This document shows positions 13,815 to 21,965 of a stretch of 24,000 nt of DNA, piece after piece. The notes below the pieces were generated by a model. It was not told where the DNA came from, searched no databases, and saw only the letters and a list, made by a program, of their open reading frames with translations. The DNA comes from Gammaproteobacteria bacterium (lineage in GTDB: Bacteria > Pseudomonadota > Gammaproteobacteria > Tethybacterales > Persebacteraceae). The translations under genes and the position numbers were made by a program. Each line of letters starts with the position of its first letter. Positions within the stretch are counted from its first letter, which is position 1. The stretch covers positions 1 to 24,000 of the forward strand of contig JAHRAH010000140.1 in the NCBI GenBank assembly GCA_020027345.1, written 5' to 3'.

Positions 13815-14192
13815 ATGAGTTTTCCCCTCGGCGATTTTGACGGCATGCGCGGCGGCATCGGCTCGCTTTCGCCGCTGGCGCTTGTTTGCGCGGTTGTCGC
13901 GGCGGTTTTCGCGTACAACAGCGCCGCATACCTGCGCGAATTAGCTTTGGCAAACGGCACCGACTTCACTTCCGCCGTTCCTTTCTTCGCCGTGCTCGGC
14001 ATTTTTCTCGTCGTCTACAAAACCTGCGTCTACGCCGCAAAAAATTTTCATCACGGCATAATGCTTTCGCTCGCCGTCGTCGCAGTCGCCGCCGGAATCG
14101 TCCGCGCCGTGGAATACGGAGTTTTGCTTTTTTGGTTCGGCGCGGAAGTCGCGATTAAGCGCTGGATTGAAATCTGGAATCTGCCGCTTTAA
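13815..14192 (+). CDS. Hypothetical small integral membrane protein (3-4 predicted TM helices)
   Basis: The ORF has hydrophobic stretches LSPLALVCAVVAAVFAY, AVPFFAVLGIFLVVY, IMLSLAVVAVAAGIV and VLLFWFGAEVAI, and host-like codons. The start is uncertain: 13773 lies inside the repeat arm, and 13815 or 13845 are more plausible. I recognised no homolog. Confidence 0.5.
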   Translation: MSFPLGDFDGMRGGIGSLSPLALVCAVVAAVFAYNSAAYLRELALANGTDFTSAVPFFAVLGIFLVVYKTCVYAAKNFHHGIMLSLAVVAVAAGIVRAVEYGVLLFWFGAEVAIKRWIEIWNLPL

Positions 14193-14209
14193 TCGGCGGC
14201 GCAATCGCG

Positions 14210-14215
14210 TATAAT
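14210..14215 (+). promoter_or_regulatory. Candidate -10 box (TATAAT) upstream of ald
   Basis: Perfect TATAAT 32 nt before ATG 14248, with the purine-rich SD region AAAGGAAAAAGGA in between. The -35 is weak (TTTAAT at 14188-14193). Confidence 0.3.
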
Positions 14216-14247
14216 AACCGCGCAAAACGGGGAAAGGAAAAAGGACA

Positions 14248-15366
14248 ATGATTATCGGCGTTCCCAAGGAAATAAAAAACCACGAATACCGCGTGGGGCT
14301 CACGCCCGAAGCGGCGCATCAGGCGGCGGCGCAGGGGCATCGCGTTGTCGTCCAGTCCGGCGCCGGCGCGGGCATCGGCGCCGCCGATTCCGATTACAAA
14401 AAGTTCGGCGCCGCCGTCCTGCCGAAAGCCGCCGATGTTTTTGCCCGCGCCGAAATGATAGTCAAAGTCAAGGAGCCGCTCGCGCCCGAACGCAAAATGC
14501 TGCGCCGCGGGCAGATACTTTTCACTTACCTGCATCTCGCCGCCGACAAAAAACTCACGCGCGAATTGATGGCAAGCGGCGCAATATGCATCGCCTACGA
14601 AACGGTTACCGACAACGCCGGGCGGCTGCCGCTGCTCGCGCCGATGTCCAAAGTCGCCGGGCGGCTGGCGGCGCAGGCGGTCGCGCATTACCTGCAAAAA
14701 TTCGCCGGCGGCGCGGGAATGCTCGTCGGCGGAGTCCCCGGCGTCCCCGCAGCGAAAGTTCTGATACTCGGCGGAGGAGTAGTCGGGCGCAACGCCGCGC
14801 GCATCGCAATCGGAATGGGCGCGCGCGTCTCCGTTTTGGAAAAAAGCGCGGAAGTGATGGATTCCATAAACGCCGAATTTGACGGGCGCGCCGCCACCGT
14901 GTATTCCTCGCAGGCGAATTTGGAAAACCTGATTGCCGAAGCCGACGGCGTCGTCGGCGGAATACTCGTCGCCGGCGAAGCCGCGCCGAAAATAGTCAGC
15001 GAAGCGATGATTAAATCCATGCGCCCCGGGCGCGTCGTCGTGGATGTCGCAATAGACCAGGGCGGATGCATCGCCACAGCAAAACCGACGACGCACGACA
15101 AACCGGTTTTTGTCAAGCACGGAGTCGTGCATTATTGCGTCGCAAATATGCCCGGCGCCGTCCCCCGCACTTCCACTTACGCGCTGAACAATGCGACATT
15201 GCCTTTTGTTTTGCAAATCGCAAAAAAAGGATGGCGGCGCGCGATAGGCGAAAACGCGCATTTGCGAAACGGGCTCAGCGTCGCCGATGGCGCGCTCACA
15301 TGCGCGCATTCCGCGTTGTCGCTGGCGATGAAGCACACGCCCGCCGAATCCTTCGCCGATGGCTGA
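14248..15366 (+). CDS. ald: Alanine dehydrogenase
   Basis: Starts MIIGVPKEIKN.E.RVGLTP and contains the Rossmann motif VLILGGGVVG, VDVAIDQGG and HYCVANMPGAVPRTST. At 372 aa it is the typical Ald length. Confidence 0.93.
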   Translation: MIIGVPKEIKNHEYRVGLTPEAAHQAAAQGHRVVVQSGAGAGIGAADSDYKKFGAAVLPKAADVFARAEMIVKVKEPLAPERKMLRRGQILFTYLHLAADKKLTRELMASGAICIAYETVTDNAGRLPLLAPMSKVAGRLAAQAVAHYLQKFAGGAGMLVGGVPGVPAAKVLILGGGVVGRNAARIAIGMGARVSVLEKSAEVMDSINAEFDGRAATVYSSQANLENLIAEADGVVGGILVAGEAAPKIVSEAMIKSMRPGRVVVDVAIDQGGCIATAKPTTHDKPVFVKHGVVHYCVANMPGAVPRTSTYALNNATLPFVLQIAKKGWRRAIGENAHLRNGLSVADGALTCAHSALSLAMKHTPAESFADG

Positions 15367-16630
15367 GAACGAAAAAGCGCGCAAGCCCGAATGGTTTGAC
15401 GCGCTTATTTTTGACATCAACGGCATCGCCCGCGTTTTGCGCGCGCCCAAATCGCGAATGGACGCGATTATGCGCGACGGCGTCACATTTCCGTTTTCGG
15501 TTTTTGCGATGCGCTACGACGGCGCGGCAGTGGAAGAAACCGGAATCGCATTGGCGAAGGGCGACCCCGACGGCGCTTGTTTTCCGCTGGAAGGAACGCT
15601 TTCGGAAACGCCGTGGCGTCCCGGCGGAATGCAGGCGGTTTTCGCAATGCGGCGCGAAGGCGGCGGCGCGCATTTCGCCGACCCGCGCGGAGTTCTGGCG
15701 GCGGTCGCGCGGCGCTTTGCCGACAACGGTTTGCGCCCCGCGCTGGCGGCGGAATTGGAGTTTTATTTAAGTTCCGCCGATATGCCGCTGACAAAACCCG
15801 CGATGCCGGAGTTGTATTCTCCGGAACCGCTTTCGCGCCATTCCGAGTTTTTGGATTTGCTCGCCGAAGCGATGAGCGCCGCCGGAATCCGCGGCGGATT
15901 TGTCGTTTCCGAATACGGCGGGGGACAATTGGAATTGAACTTTGAACATACCGGCCCCGAACGCGCATGTTTGGAAGGCGCGCTTTTCCGCTATCTCGCG
16001 CGCCGGTGCGCCGAAACTTGCGGAATGCGCGCGACATTCCTCGCCAAACCCCGCGCCGGAGCGTCCGGCAGCGGAATGCATTTTCATTTCAGCGCGGCGG
16101 CGGAAGGCGGGCATCTTTTCGCCGACGACGAAAAACTGAAAAACGCAATCGCCGGCGCGCTCGCAATCGCAAACGAAGCGATGGCGTTTTTTGCGCCTTT
16201 CGCAAACTCCTACCGGCGCATAATGCCCGGCGGTTACGCCCCCGCCGCGCCGACATGGGGAAGCGAAAACCGCGCCGCCGCCGTGCGCATTCCGATGGCA
16301 AAAACCGCGCCCGAAAAGCGTTTTGAATTCCGCATCGCCGGCGCGGATGCAAACCCCTTTCTCGCCGCCGCCGCAATCCTCGCCGGCGCGCATTGGGGAC
16401 TGCAAAACAAAACAGCGCCCCCGCCCGAACAAAAAGGAAAATCCGAAAAAGCCGCCCTGCCCCTCACATGGCGCGCCGCGCTGGACGAACTCGCGCGGGC
16501 AAAAATCCTCCCCGCCTATCTCGGCGCCGAATTCATAAGCCACTACCAAACCGTAAAAGAAAGCGAATGGCACCACCACCGCGACCACATCTCCGACTAC
16601 GACCGCAACTTCTACGCCGCCGTAATCTAA
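15359..16630 (+). CDS. Glutamine synthetase family protein (gamma-glutamyl-amine ligase, PuuA/GlnA3-like)
   Basis: GS catalytic-domain motifs are present: AAELEFYL, SGSGMHFHFS, NSYRR, WGSENRAAAVRIP, EFRIAGADANP. It is shorter than a canonical GlnA. ATG 15359 overlaps the ald stop by 8 nt (ATGGCTGA). Confidence 0.88.
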   Translation: MAENEKARKPEWFDALIFDINGIARVLRAPKSRMDAIMRDGVTFPFSVFAMRYDGAAVEETGIALAKGDPDGACFPLEGTLSETPWRPGGMQAVFAMRREGGGAHFADPRGVLAAVARRFADNGLRPALAAELEFYLSSADMPLTKPAMPELYSPEPLSRHSEFLDLLAEAMSAAGIRGGFVVSEYGGGQLELNFEHTGPERACLEGALFRYLARRCAETCGMRATFLAKPRAGASGSGMHFHFSAAAEGGHLFADDEKLKNAIAGALAIANEAMAFFAPFANSYRRIMPGGYAPAAPTWGSENRAAAVRIPMAKTAPEKRFEFRIAGADANPFLAAAAILAGAHWGLQNKTAPPPEQKGKSEKAALPLTWRAALDELARAKILPAYLGAEFISHYQTVKESEWHHHRDHISDYDRNFYAAVI

Positions 16631-16647
16631 TTCCACCTATCCCCGCC

Positions 16648-16672
16648 ATTCCCACTTGCGCGGGAATGACGG
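16648..16672. repeat. Single dRS3-like site D3
   Basis: ATTCCC-ACTTGCGC-GGGAAT-GACGG in right-arm orientation, located in the 48-nt gap between the convergent GS-like and yidD genes. Confidence 0.75.
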
Positions 16673-16678
16673 TTTGTT

Positions 16679-16930
16679 TTAATGTTCGGGGGGGAAATCT
16701 TCGCCGCCTTTGCATAGGGGGTGGCATCTTCCCAAGCGGCGCGCGCTGAGCCAGAAAGCGCGGGGGAAGGAAAAGCGCGCGAAGGCCAACTTTGCGTATT
16801 GCGAGCAACTCGGATAGAAGCGGCAACGGCCGGCGAAAAAGGGCGAAAGCAGCGCCTGATACAGCGCGAGCAATCCGAGCGCGGCGCGGCGCAAAAGGCA
16901 ATCCAAAAAACTCAGGAAGCGGAGCGCCAT
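16679..16930 (-). CDS. yidD: Membrane protein insertion efficiency factor YidD
   Basis: 83-aa ORF with the YidD signature CRFYPSCSQYA...F......W....R..RCHP...GG.D. Its start overlaps the cysS 3' end by 19 nt. Confidence 0.85.
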   Translation of the reverse strand: MALRFLSFLDCLLRRAALGLLALYQALLSPFFAGRCRFYPSCSQYAKLAFARFSFPRAFWLSARRLGRCHPLCKGGEDFPPEH

Positions 16931-18279
16931 TTTGTTCCTTCGGGCGAATCTTCCAAAACGATTCCGCGCGCGGCGAGTTGTTTGCGTATATCATCGGCGG
17001 CGGAAAAGTCGCGGTTTTCGCGCGCCCGGCGGCGGCGTTCAATCAGTTCTTCAATTTCGGAATTGTCCGCCGCAGCATCGCCGCCCTTAAACCATTCGTC
17101 TGGGTTTTGCGAAAGGAATCCCATTAAATTCGCGCCGGACAAAAACGCGCGCTTTTCTTCTTCGCCAGCTTTTCCGCGCTGAATATCGCCCGCCGCGGAA
17201 TGCAGCGCGGCGAAAGCGGCGGGCGTGTTTATGTCGTCGGCGAGCGCATCGGCGAGCGCATCGGAGGGCGGCGCATCTTCTTTTGCGGAGAGGGGGGTTA
17301 CCGCGGCGGCGGCGCGATACAAAGAATCCAGCGCGCGCTTTGCTTCCGACAAAAGCGATTCCGACCAATTAAGCGGATGGCGGTAATGCGTCGCAAGCAG
17401 CGCGTAGCGAACCGCTTCGCCGGGATGTTTTGCGAGCGCGCCGGAAATAGTCAATGTGTTGCCGAGGGACTTTGACATTTTTTCCCCGGCGAGCGCGAGA
17501 TGGCCGTTGTGCATCCAGTATTTTGCAAAAACGGCTTTGCCGCTCGCGCAGCAACTTTGCGCGATTTCGTTTTCGTGGTGCGGGAATATTAAATCCTGCC
17601 CGCCGCCGTGTATGTCAATCGTTTCGCCGAGGCATTGCGCCGCCATCGCCGAGCATTCAATGTGCCAGCCGGGGCGCCCTCTTCCCCAGGGGCTTTCCCA
17701 GCCGGGCGCTTCCGGCGGCGAGGGTTTCCACAAAACAAAATCGGCGGGGTCGCGTTTGTATTCTCCGGCTTCCACTCGCGCGACCGCCGGCGCGTCGCCG
17801 TCTCGCCGGTTGGAAAGCGCGCCGTAAGCGGGAAAGGACGCCGCCGAAAAAAGAACATTGCCGCCGGATTCGTAGGCGTTTTCTTTTTTTATCAGCAGCG
17901 AAATCATTTTTATCATCGCGCCGATGCATTCCGTCGCCGCCGGGGCGAATGTCGGCGGCAGAACAAAAAGCCGCCGCATATCGCGCTCGTATTCTCCGCG
18001 CCAGCGCGCCGCGACCGCCGCCGTTTCCTCGCCGGATTTTTCGGCGGCGGCTATTATTTTGTCGTCAATGTCCGTTATGTTGCGCGCGTAGGCGACATTC
18101 GGATATGCGCGCGAAAGCAGGCGGAACAAAACATCAAAAACCGCCGCCGGGCGCGCGTTGCCGAGATGCGAGGGGCCGTGCACCGTCGGGCCGCAAACAT
18201 ACATCGTAACCCGCTCCGGGTTTGCGGGCGCAAATTCTTCGCGGCTGTTGCTCAGCGTGTTGTGGAGGGTTATCCGCAT
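16912..18279 (-). CDS. cysS: Cysteinyl-tRNA synthetase
   Basis: Starts MRITLHNTLSNSREEF, matching the CysS N-terminus. Contains MYVCGPTV....HLGNAR (a HIGH variant), WHIEC, KMSKSLGN and the C-terminal ...GIVLEDSPEGTKWR. The 114-codon upstream extension in the track ORF overlaps nadB and is Arg-rich, so ATG 18279 is preferred. Confidence 0.92.
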   Translation of the reverse strand: MRITLHNTLSNSREEFAPANPERVTMYVCGPTVHGPSHLGNARPAAVFDVLFRLLSRAYPNVAYARNITDIDDKIIAAAEKSGEETAAVAARWRGEYERDMRRLFVLPPTFAPAATECIGAMIKMISLLIKKENAYESGGNVLFSAASFPAYGALSNRRDGDAPAVARVEAGEYKRDPADFVLWKPSPPEAPGWESPWGRGRPGWHIECSAMAAQCLGETIDIHGGGQDLIFPHHENEIAQSCCASGKAVFAKYWMHNGHLALAGEKMSKSLGNTLTISGALAKHPGEAVRYALLATHYRHPLNWSESLLSEAKRALDSLYRAAAAVTPLSAKEDAPPSDALADALADDINTPAAFAALHSAAGDIQRGKAGEEEKRAFLSGANLMGFLSQNPDEWFKGGDAAADNSEIEELIERRRRARENRDFSAADDIRKQLAARGIVLEDSPEGTKWRSAS

Positions 18280-20063
18280 TGTTTTTCCGCAACGGTTTCC
18301 TCGTCCAATTTGCCGCGCGCCGCCAGAATGCAATCGTCGGCGTTGGCAAAACCATTTTTCGCCGCGTGCGCGAAAAGATCGCGGCATTCCGGATTGCAAA
18401 AGCCGACCCATTTTCCTTTGTATTCGGCCAAGGCGCCGGCGACGATTTCGTCTCCGGAAAAAGGGCAGCGGCGGTTTGCCGCGTTCGCTTTTGCCGCAAA
18501 CATTTTCCGCGAAAGAACCGTCCCGCGCGCATTTGCGCGCGGTTTGGGAAAATCCGTTATCTGATGCAGCCCGCGGCTTTCGCGCCGCGCGAGCGCGCCT
18601 TCCACAATAAGTTCCGCGCATTGCGCGAGATTGCGGAGTTCCAGAAAATCGCGGTCCACTGCAAAGCGGCGGTAGTAATCTTCAATTTCCCCGCGTATCA
18701 GCGCGATGCGGCGGCGCGCGCGGCGCAAACGCGCGCCGCTGCGGACGATGCCGACATAGTTCCACATAACGCGGCGCAGTTCTTCCCAGTTGTGCGCGAC
18801 GGTTACGGCTTCGCCGCTTGCCGTTATGCGGCGTTCGTCCCAGGGCGGCATTTGCGGCTGCGCCTTGCGGTTTTCGTTTGCTATTTGCGCGCCCGCGCGG
18901 CGACCCATCACGACGCATTCCAAAAGCGAATTGCTGGCAAGGCGGTTTGCGCCGTGCAATCCGGTGGAAGCGACTTCGCCGGCGGCGTAAAGCCCGGGGA
19001 CATTTGTTTTTCCGCGCGCGTCGGTAACGATTCCGCCGCAGGAATAATGCGAAGCCGGCACGACCGGCAGCGGATCTTTTGGAATTGCAAAACCGAGTTT
19101 CGCGCAAAACTCCACAATCCCCGGAAAACGCCGCCGCCAAAACGCGGCCGGGCGCGCGCTGTGTTCCAGAAAAACGCAGTCGGCTCCGCTCGCTTTCATT
19201 TCGGCGTCTATCGCGAGTGCGACGACATCGCGCGGGGCGAGTTCCGCTTGCGGATGCGCGCCTTCCATAAAACGCGCGCCGGATTTGTTTATCAGTTTCG
19301 CGCCTTCGCCGCGCATCGCTTCGCTGATTAAAAAAGCGCGCGCCGAAGGATGATACAAACATGTCGGATGAAACTGCGTGAATTCCATATCCGCGATTTC
19401 GCAGCCGGCGCGGTAGGCCATCGCTATGCCGTCTCCGGTCGCGTTTTCCGGCGCGGTGGAATATAAATAGGCCTGCGCCGCGCCGCCGCTGGCGAGAACG
19501 ACAAAGCGCGCGTCCGCGGCAAAAACTTCGCGCCCGCGCAAATCCAGCGCGTACAATCCGCGGCAACCCCCCTCGTGCAGCGAAAGATTAACCGCCATCC
19601 ACGGTTCGCGCAGGGTTATATTTTTTTTTGCGCGCGCGGCTTTAAGCAATGCGCCGGTCAGCGCCGCGCCGGTGCGGTCGTCAATATGCAAAATGCGCCG
19701 TTCGCCGTGTCCGCCCTCGCGCGCGAGTTGCCATTTTTTGTTTTCGCGATTAAACAAAACTCCTTTTTCTTCCAGCCATTTCGCCGCCGCTTCGCCGTCG
19801 GCGAGCAAATCGGCGACGGCGGCTTCGTCGCAAAGCCCGGCGCCGGATGCGACGGTGTCGGCTGCGTGTTTGGCGACGGCGTCGCCCTCGCCGACGGCCG
19901 CCGCCATTCCGCCTTGCGCGCGCATGCTGGCGCTGTAATCAAAAGCGCGTTTGGCGAAAACCGCGACGGAAAAAGAATCCGGAAGGGAAAGCGCCGCGGT
20001 CAGCCCGGCGGCGCCGGCGCCGACTACGGCGACATCGCAAACAATGCGCCCTTTTTTTTGCAT
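18270..20063 (-). CDS. nadB: L-aspartate oxidase with about 65-aa Cys-containing C-terminal extension
   Basis: Contains the FAD-binding CDVAVVGAGAAGLTAAL, plus RAQGG, HPT, NRLASNSLLE and RRESRGLH. At 597 aa it is longer than the roughly 530-540 aa I expect for NadB. The tail contains CPFSG-X19-CNPEC. Confidence 0.9.
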   Translation of the reverse strand: MQKKGRIVCDVAVVGAGAAGLTAALSLPDSFSVAVFAKRAFDYSASMRAQGGMAAAVGEGDAVAKHAADTVASGAGLCDEAAVADLLADGEAAAKWLEEKGVLFNRENKKWQLAREGGHGERRILHIDDRTGAALTGALLKAARAKKNITLREPWMAVNLSLHEGGCRGLYALDLRGREVFAADARFVVLASGGAAQAYLYSTAPENATGDGIAMAYRAGCEIADMEFTQFHPTCLYHPSARAFLISEAMRGEGAKLINKSGARFMEGAHPQAELAPRDVVALAIDAEMKASGADCVFLEHSARPAAFWRRRFPGIVEFCAKLGFAIPKDPLPVVPASHYSCGGIVTDARGKTNVPGLYAAGEVASTGLHGANRLASNSLLECVVMGRRAGAQIANENRKAQPQMPPWDERRITASGEAVTVAHNWEELRRVMWNYVGIVRSGARLRRARRRIALIRGEIEDYYRRFAVDRDFLELRNLAQCAELIVEGALARRESRGLHQITDFPKPRANARGTVLSRKMFAAKANAANRRCPFSGDEIVAGALAEYKGKWVGFCNPECRDLFAHAAKNGFANADDCILAARGKLDEETVAEKQCG

Positions 20064-20067
20064 CGCC

Positions 20068-20122
20068 CGCCGCCCGCCGCCGTCGGGTTAATAAAAGAAG
20101 AAAGGTTTTTCGGCGGGCGGCG
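20068..20122. repeat. 12-bp all-GC inverted repeat with AT-rich 31-nt loop
   Basis: CGCCGCCCGCCG (20068-20079) is perfectly complementary to CGGCGGGCGGCG (20111-20122). It lies between the cytochrome b561 stop (20125) and the nadB start (20063). Confidence 0.6.
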
Positions 20123-20124
20123 CT

Positions 20125-20733
20125 TTACCGTTTGCCGCGTTTGGACGCGTATTCGGGCTGGTAGCCGAACCACATCCGGCGCAGCAACCCCGTTCCTTCC
20201 AGCGCGTGCCATATCGCGGCGAGGGAATGCAGCGCTATCAGCCCGATAATAAAGTAGCCGCAAAACCAGTGCCATTCGCGCAGTATTTCCGCGGCGTTTT
20301 TTGCGCCTTCGCCGATGACAAATTCCGGCAGGGGGACATACCCTTTCGCCCCGGCGATAACGGGAAGTTCCAGCCCCAGAAAAACGACATCGCGCCCCGA
20401 CAACTGCGACATCGCGATGCCGATGAGCGCCTGCGAAATCACCGCCAAATACATCAGCAGCGCGACTACGCCGGCCATAAACTGGTAAAAACTTTCCACG
20501 AGGGATTCCACGCCGCGGTTTATCAGCCGCCATATCAGGCGGAAAAGCATCAGCGCCAAAACGGCGACGCCCATCTGCTTGTGAATGGAAATCAGCATCG
20601 TGTTTTTCCCGCCCGGCGGCAGGGAATCGGAATAAATGCCGCCGGCGAGCATTCCCGTTATCAGCAGGAACAAAAGCCAGTGGAGAACGATAGTCCCCCA
20701 GCCGTAAGTGTCGCGCGTGTTGAAAGCCCCCAT
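20125..20733 (-). CDS. Cytochrome b561 (CybB) family membrane protein
   Basis: Four hydrophobic helices carry His-containing motifs (VLHWLL, SIHKQMG, REWHWF, LHSLAAIWHAL), and the protein ends LLRRMW as CybB-like proteins do. ATG 20733 is preceded by GGAGAA. The upstream extension in the track ORF overlaps the CoA-transferase gene. Confidence 0.7.
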   Translation of the reverse strand: MGAFNTRDTYGWGTIVLHWLLFLLITGMLAGGIYSDSLPPGGKNTMLISIHKQMGVAVLALMLFRLIWRLINRGVESLVESFYQFMAGVVALLMYLAVISQALIGIAMSQLSGRDVVFLGLELPVIAGAKGYVPLPEFVIGEGAKNAAEILREWHWFCGYFIIGLIALHSLAAIWHALEGTGLLRRMWFGYQPEYASKRGKR

Positions 20734-20755
20734 AGCGAATTCTCCTTGCGGCGAA

Positions 20756-21931
20756 TTATACCACCGCCGCCGTTTTTTTTCGCCCTTTTTCGGCGCGGCG
20801 GGAGCGGGCGAGTTCCGCCAGAATCTCCCCGTTGTGCTCGCCCTTTTTCGGCGGCGGCAGGCGGGCGCTCTTGGCCGCGCCGTCAAACAGCGGCGGAAAG
20901 CGCAGCCCCTCGGTGCCGCCGACGGCAACGCGCATTTTGCGGGCGCGAACCTGTTTTTCGGCGAACGCTTCGGCGACGGTGTTTACGGGTCCGGCGGGGA
21001 CTCCGGCGGCGGCGAGTTTTGCAAGCCAGTGCCGGCGCGGTTTTTGGCGCGTTTTTTCTTCAATTGCTTTTGCCAGAGCGCGGCGGCGGCGCAGGCGCAG
21101 CGCGTTGCTTGCGAATTCTTTCCGTTCCGCGATTTCCAAAGCGGCGCACAGTTTCTTAAACTGCCCGTCGTTGCCGCAGGCGATGATGAGTTCGCCGTCC
21201 TTCGCCGCGAATGCCTGATAGGGCGCGATGTTCGGATGACGGTTGCCCAGCCGCGCGGGCGGGCTGCCGGCGAAAAAGTTTTGCGCCTGATTCGCCAAAA
21301 CGCCGACCATGCAATCCAGCAGCGATATGTCTATGCTTGCGCCCTTCCCCGTTTGCGCGCGTTCGGCGAGCGCCGCCTGCACTGCGAGCGCGCCGTACAT
21401 TCCGGAAAATATGTCGGCGAAAGCCACGCCCATTTTTTGCGGGGCGCCGTTTTCTTCGCCGGTCAAATCCATCACGCCGCTCATTCCCTGAGCGATAAAA
21501 TCGTAGCCGGGCTGCGCCGCGCGCGGGCCCGTCTGCCCGAAGCCGGTAAGCGAGCAATACACCAGCGCGGGGTTTTTCCGCCGCAATGTTTTCGCGTCCA
21601 AGCCGCGTTTTTTGAGCGCGCCGGTTTTGAAATTTTCCACGACGACATCGGTGCGCAATGCGAGTTCGCGCACCGCATCCAAATCCTGCGGATGATTAAA
21701 ATCCGCGATGAAGGAACGCTTGCCGCGATTGCACGAACAAAAATACGCCGCCGTTTTTTCGCCGCGCAAACTGACAAAGGGCGGGCCCCAGGAGCGCGTT
21801 TCGTCCCCTTCCGGATGCTCCACTTTAATCACATCGGCGCCCAAATCCGCGAGTATTTGGCAAAGCCACGGCCCGGCAAGCACCCGCGCAAGTTCCAAAA
21901 CCCTCAGCGGGCGCGGTTTTTCTTTTCGCAT
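20756..21931 (-). CDS. Family III CoA-transferase (CaiB/BaiF family)
   Basis: The N-terminal PLRVLELARVLAGPWLCQILADLGADVIKVE.P.GD.TR is the family hallmark. The protein is 391 aa and sits directly downstream of gcdH, consistent with glutarate/glutaryl-CoA metabolism. Confidence 0.88.
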   Translation of the reverse strand: MRKEKPRPLRVLELARVLAGPWLCQILADLGADVIKVEHPEGDETRSWGPPFVSLRGEKTAAYFCSCNRGKRSFIADFNHPQDLDAVRELALRTDVVVENFKTGALKKRGLDAKTLRRKNPALVYCSLTGFGQTGPRAAQPGYDFIAQGMSGVMDLTGEENGAPQKMGVAFADIFSGMYGALAVQAALAERAQTGKGASIDISLLDCMVGVLANQAQNFFAGSPPARLGNRHPNIAPYQAFAAKDGELIIACGNDGQFKKLCAALEIAERKEFASNALRLRRRRALAKAIEEKTRQKPRRHWLAKLAAAGVPAGPVNTVAEAFAEKQVRARKMRVAVGGTEGLRFPPLFDGAAKSARLPPPKKGEHNGEILAELARSRRAEKGRKKTAAVV

Positions 21932-21965
21932 TCGCGCCGCGGACTGTTGCCGGAAAACAAAAAAA

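Noticed and set aside
13941-15486. Minus-strand ORFs 13941-14303 and 14155-15486 (443 aa) opposite the membrane protein and ald
   Set aside because: Their translations lack motifs and are rich in Arg/Gly/Phe from antisense GC-rich codons. ald on the plus strand is unambiguous.
15767-16636. Minus-strand ORF of 289 aa opposite the GS-like gene, plus several 60-180-aa ORFs in 15296-16749
   Set aside because: They are shadow ORFs with no recognisable domain. The plus-strand frame carries all the GS catalytic motifs.
18280-18621. 114-codon N-terminal extension of cysS; likewise 23211-23570 for gcdH and 20734-20928 for cytochrome b561
   Set aside because: These extensions overlap the upstream genes (nadB, rpoC, CoA-transferase) and are Arg-rich. 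Internal ATGs align with the conserved N-termini of the respective families.
17454-19566. Plus-strand ORFs 17454-18209, 17608-18564 and 18222-19331, and minus-strand ORF 18682-19566, overlapping cysS and nadB
   Set aside because: They are Arg-rich or low-complexity antisense and off-frame products. cysS and nadB explain the region completely.
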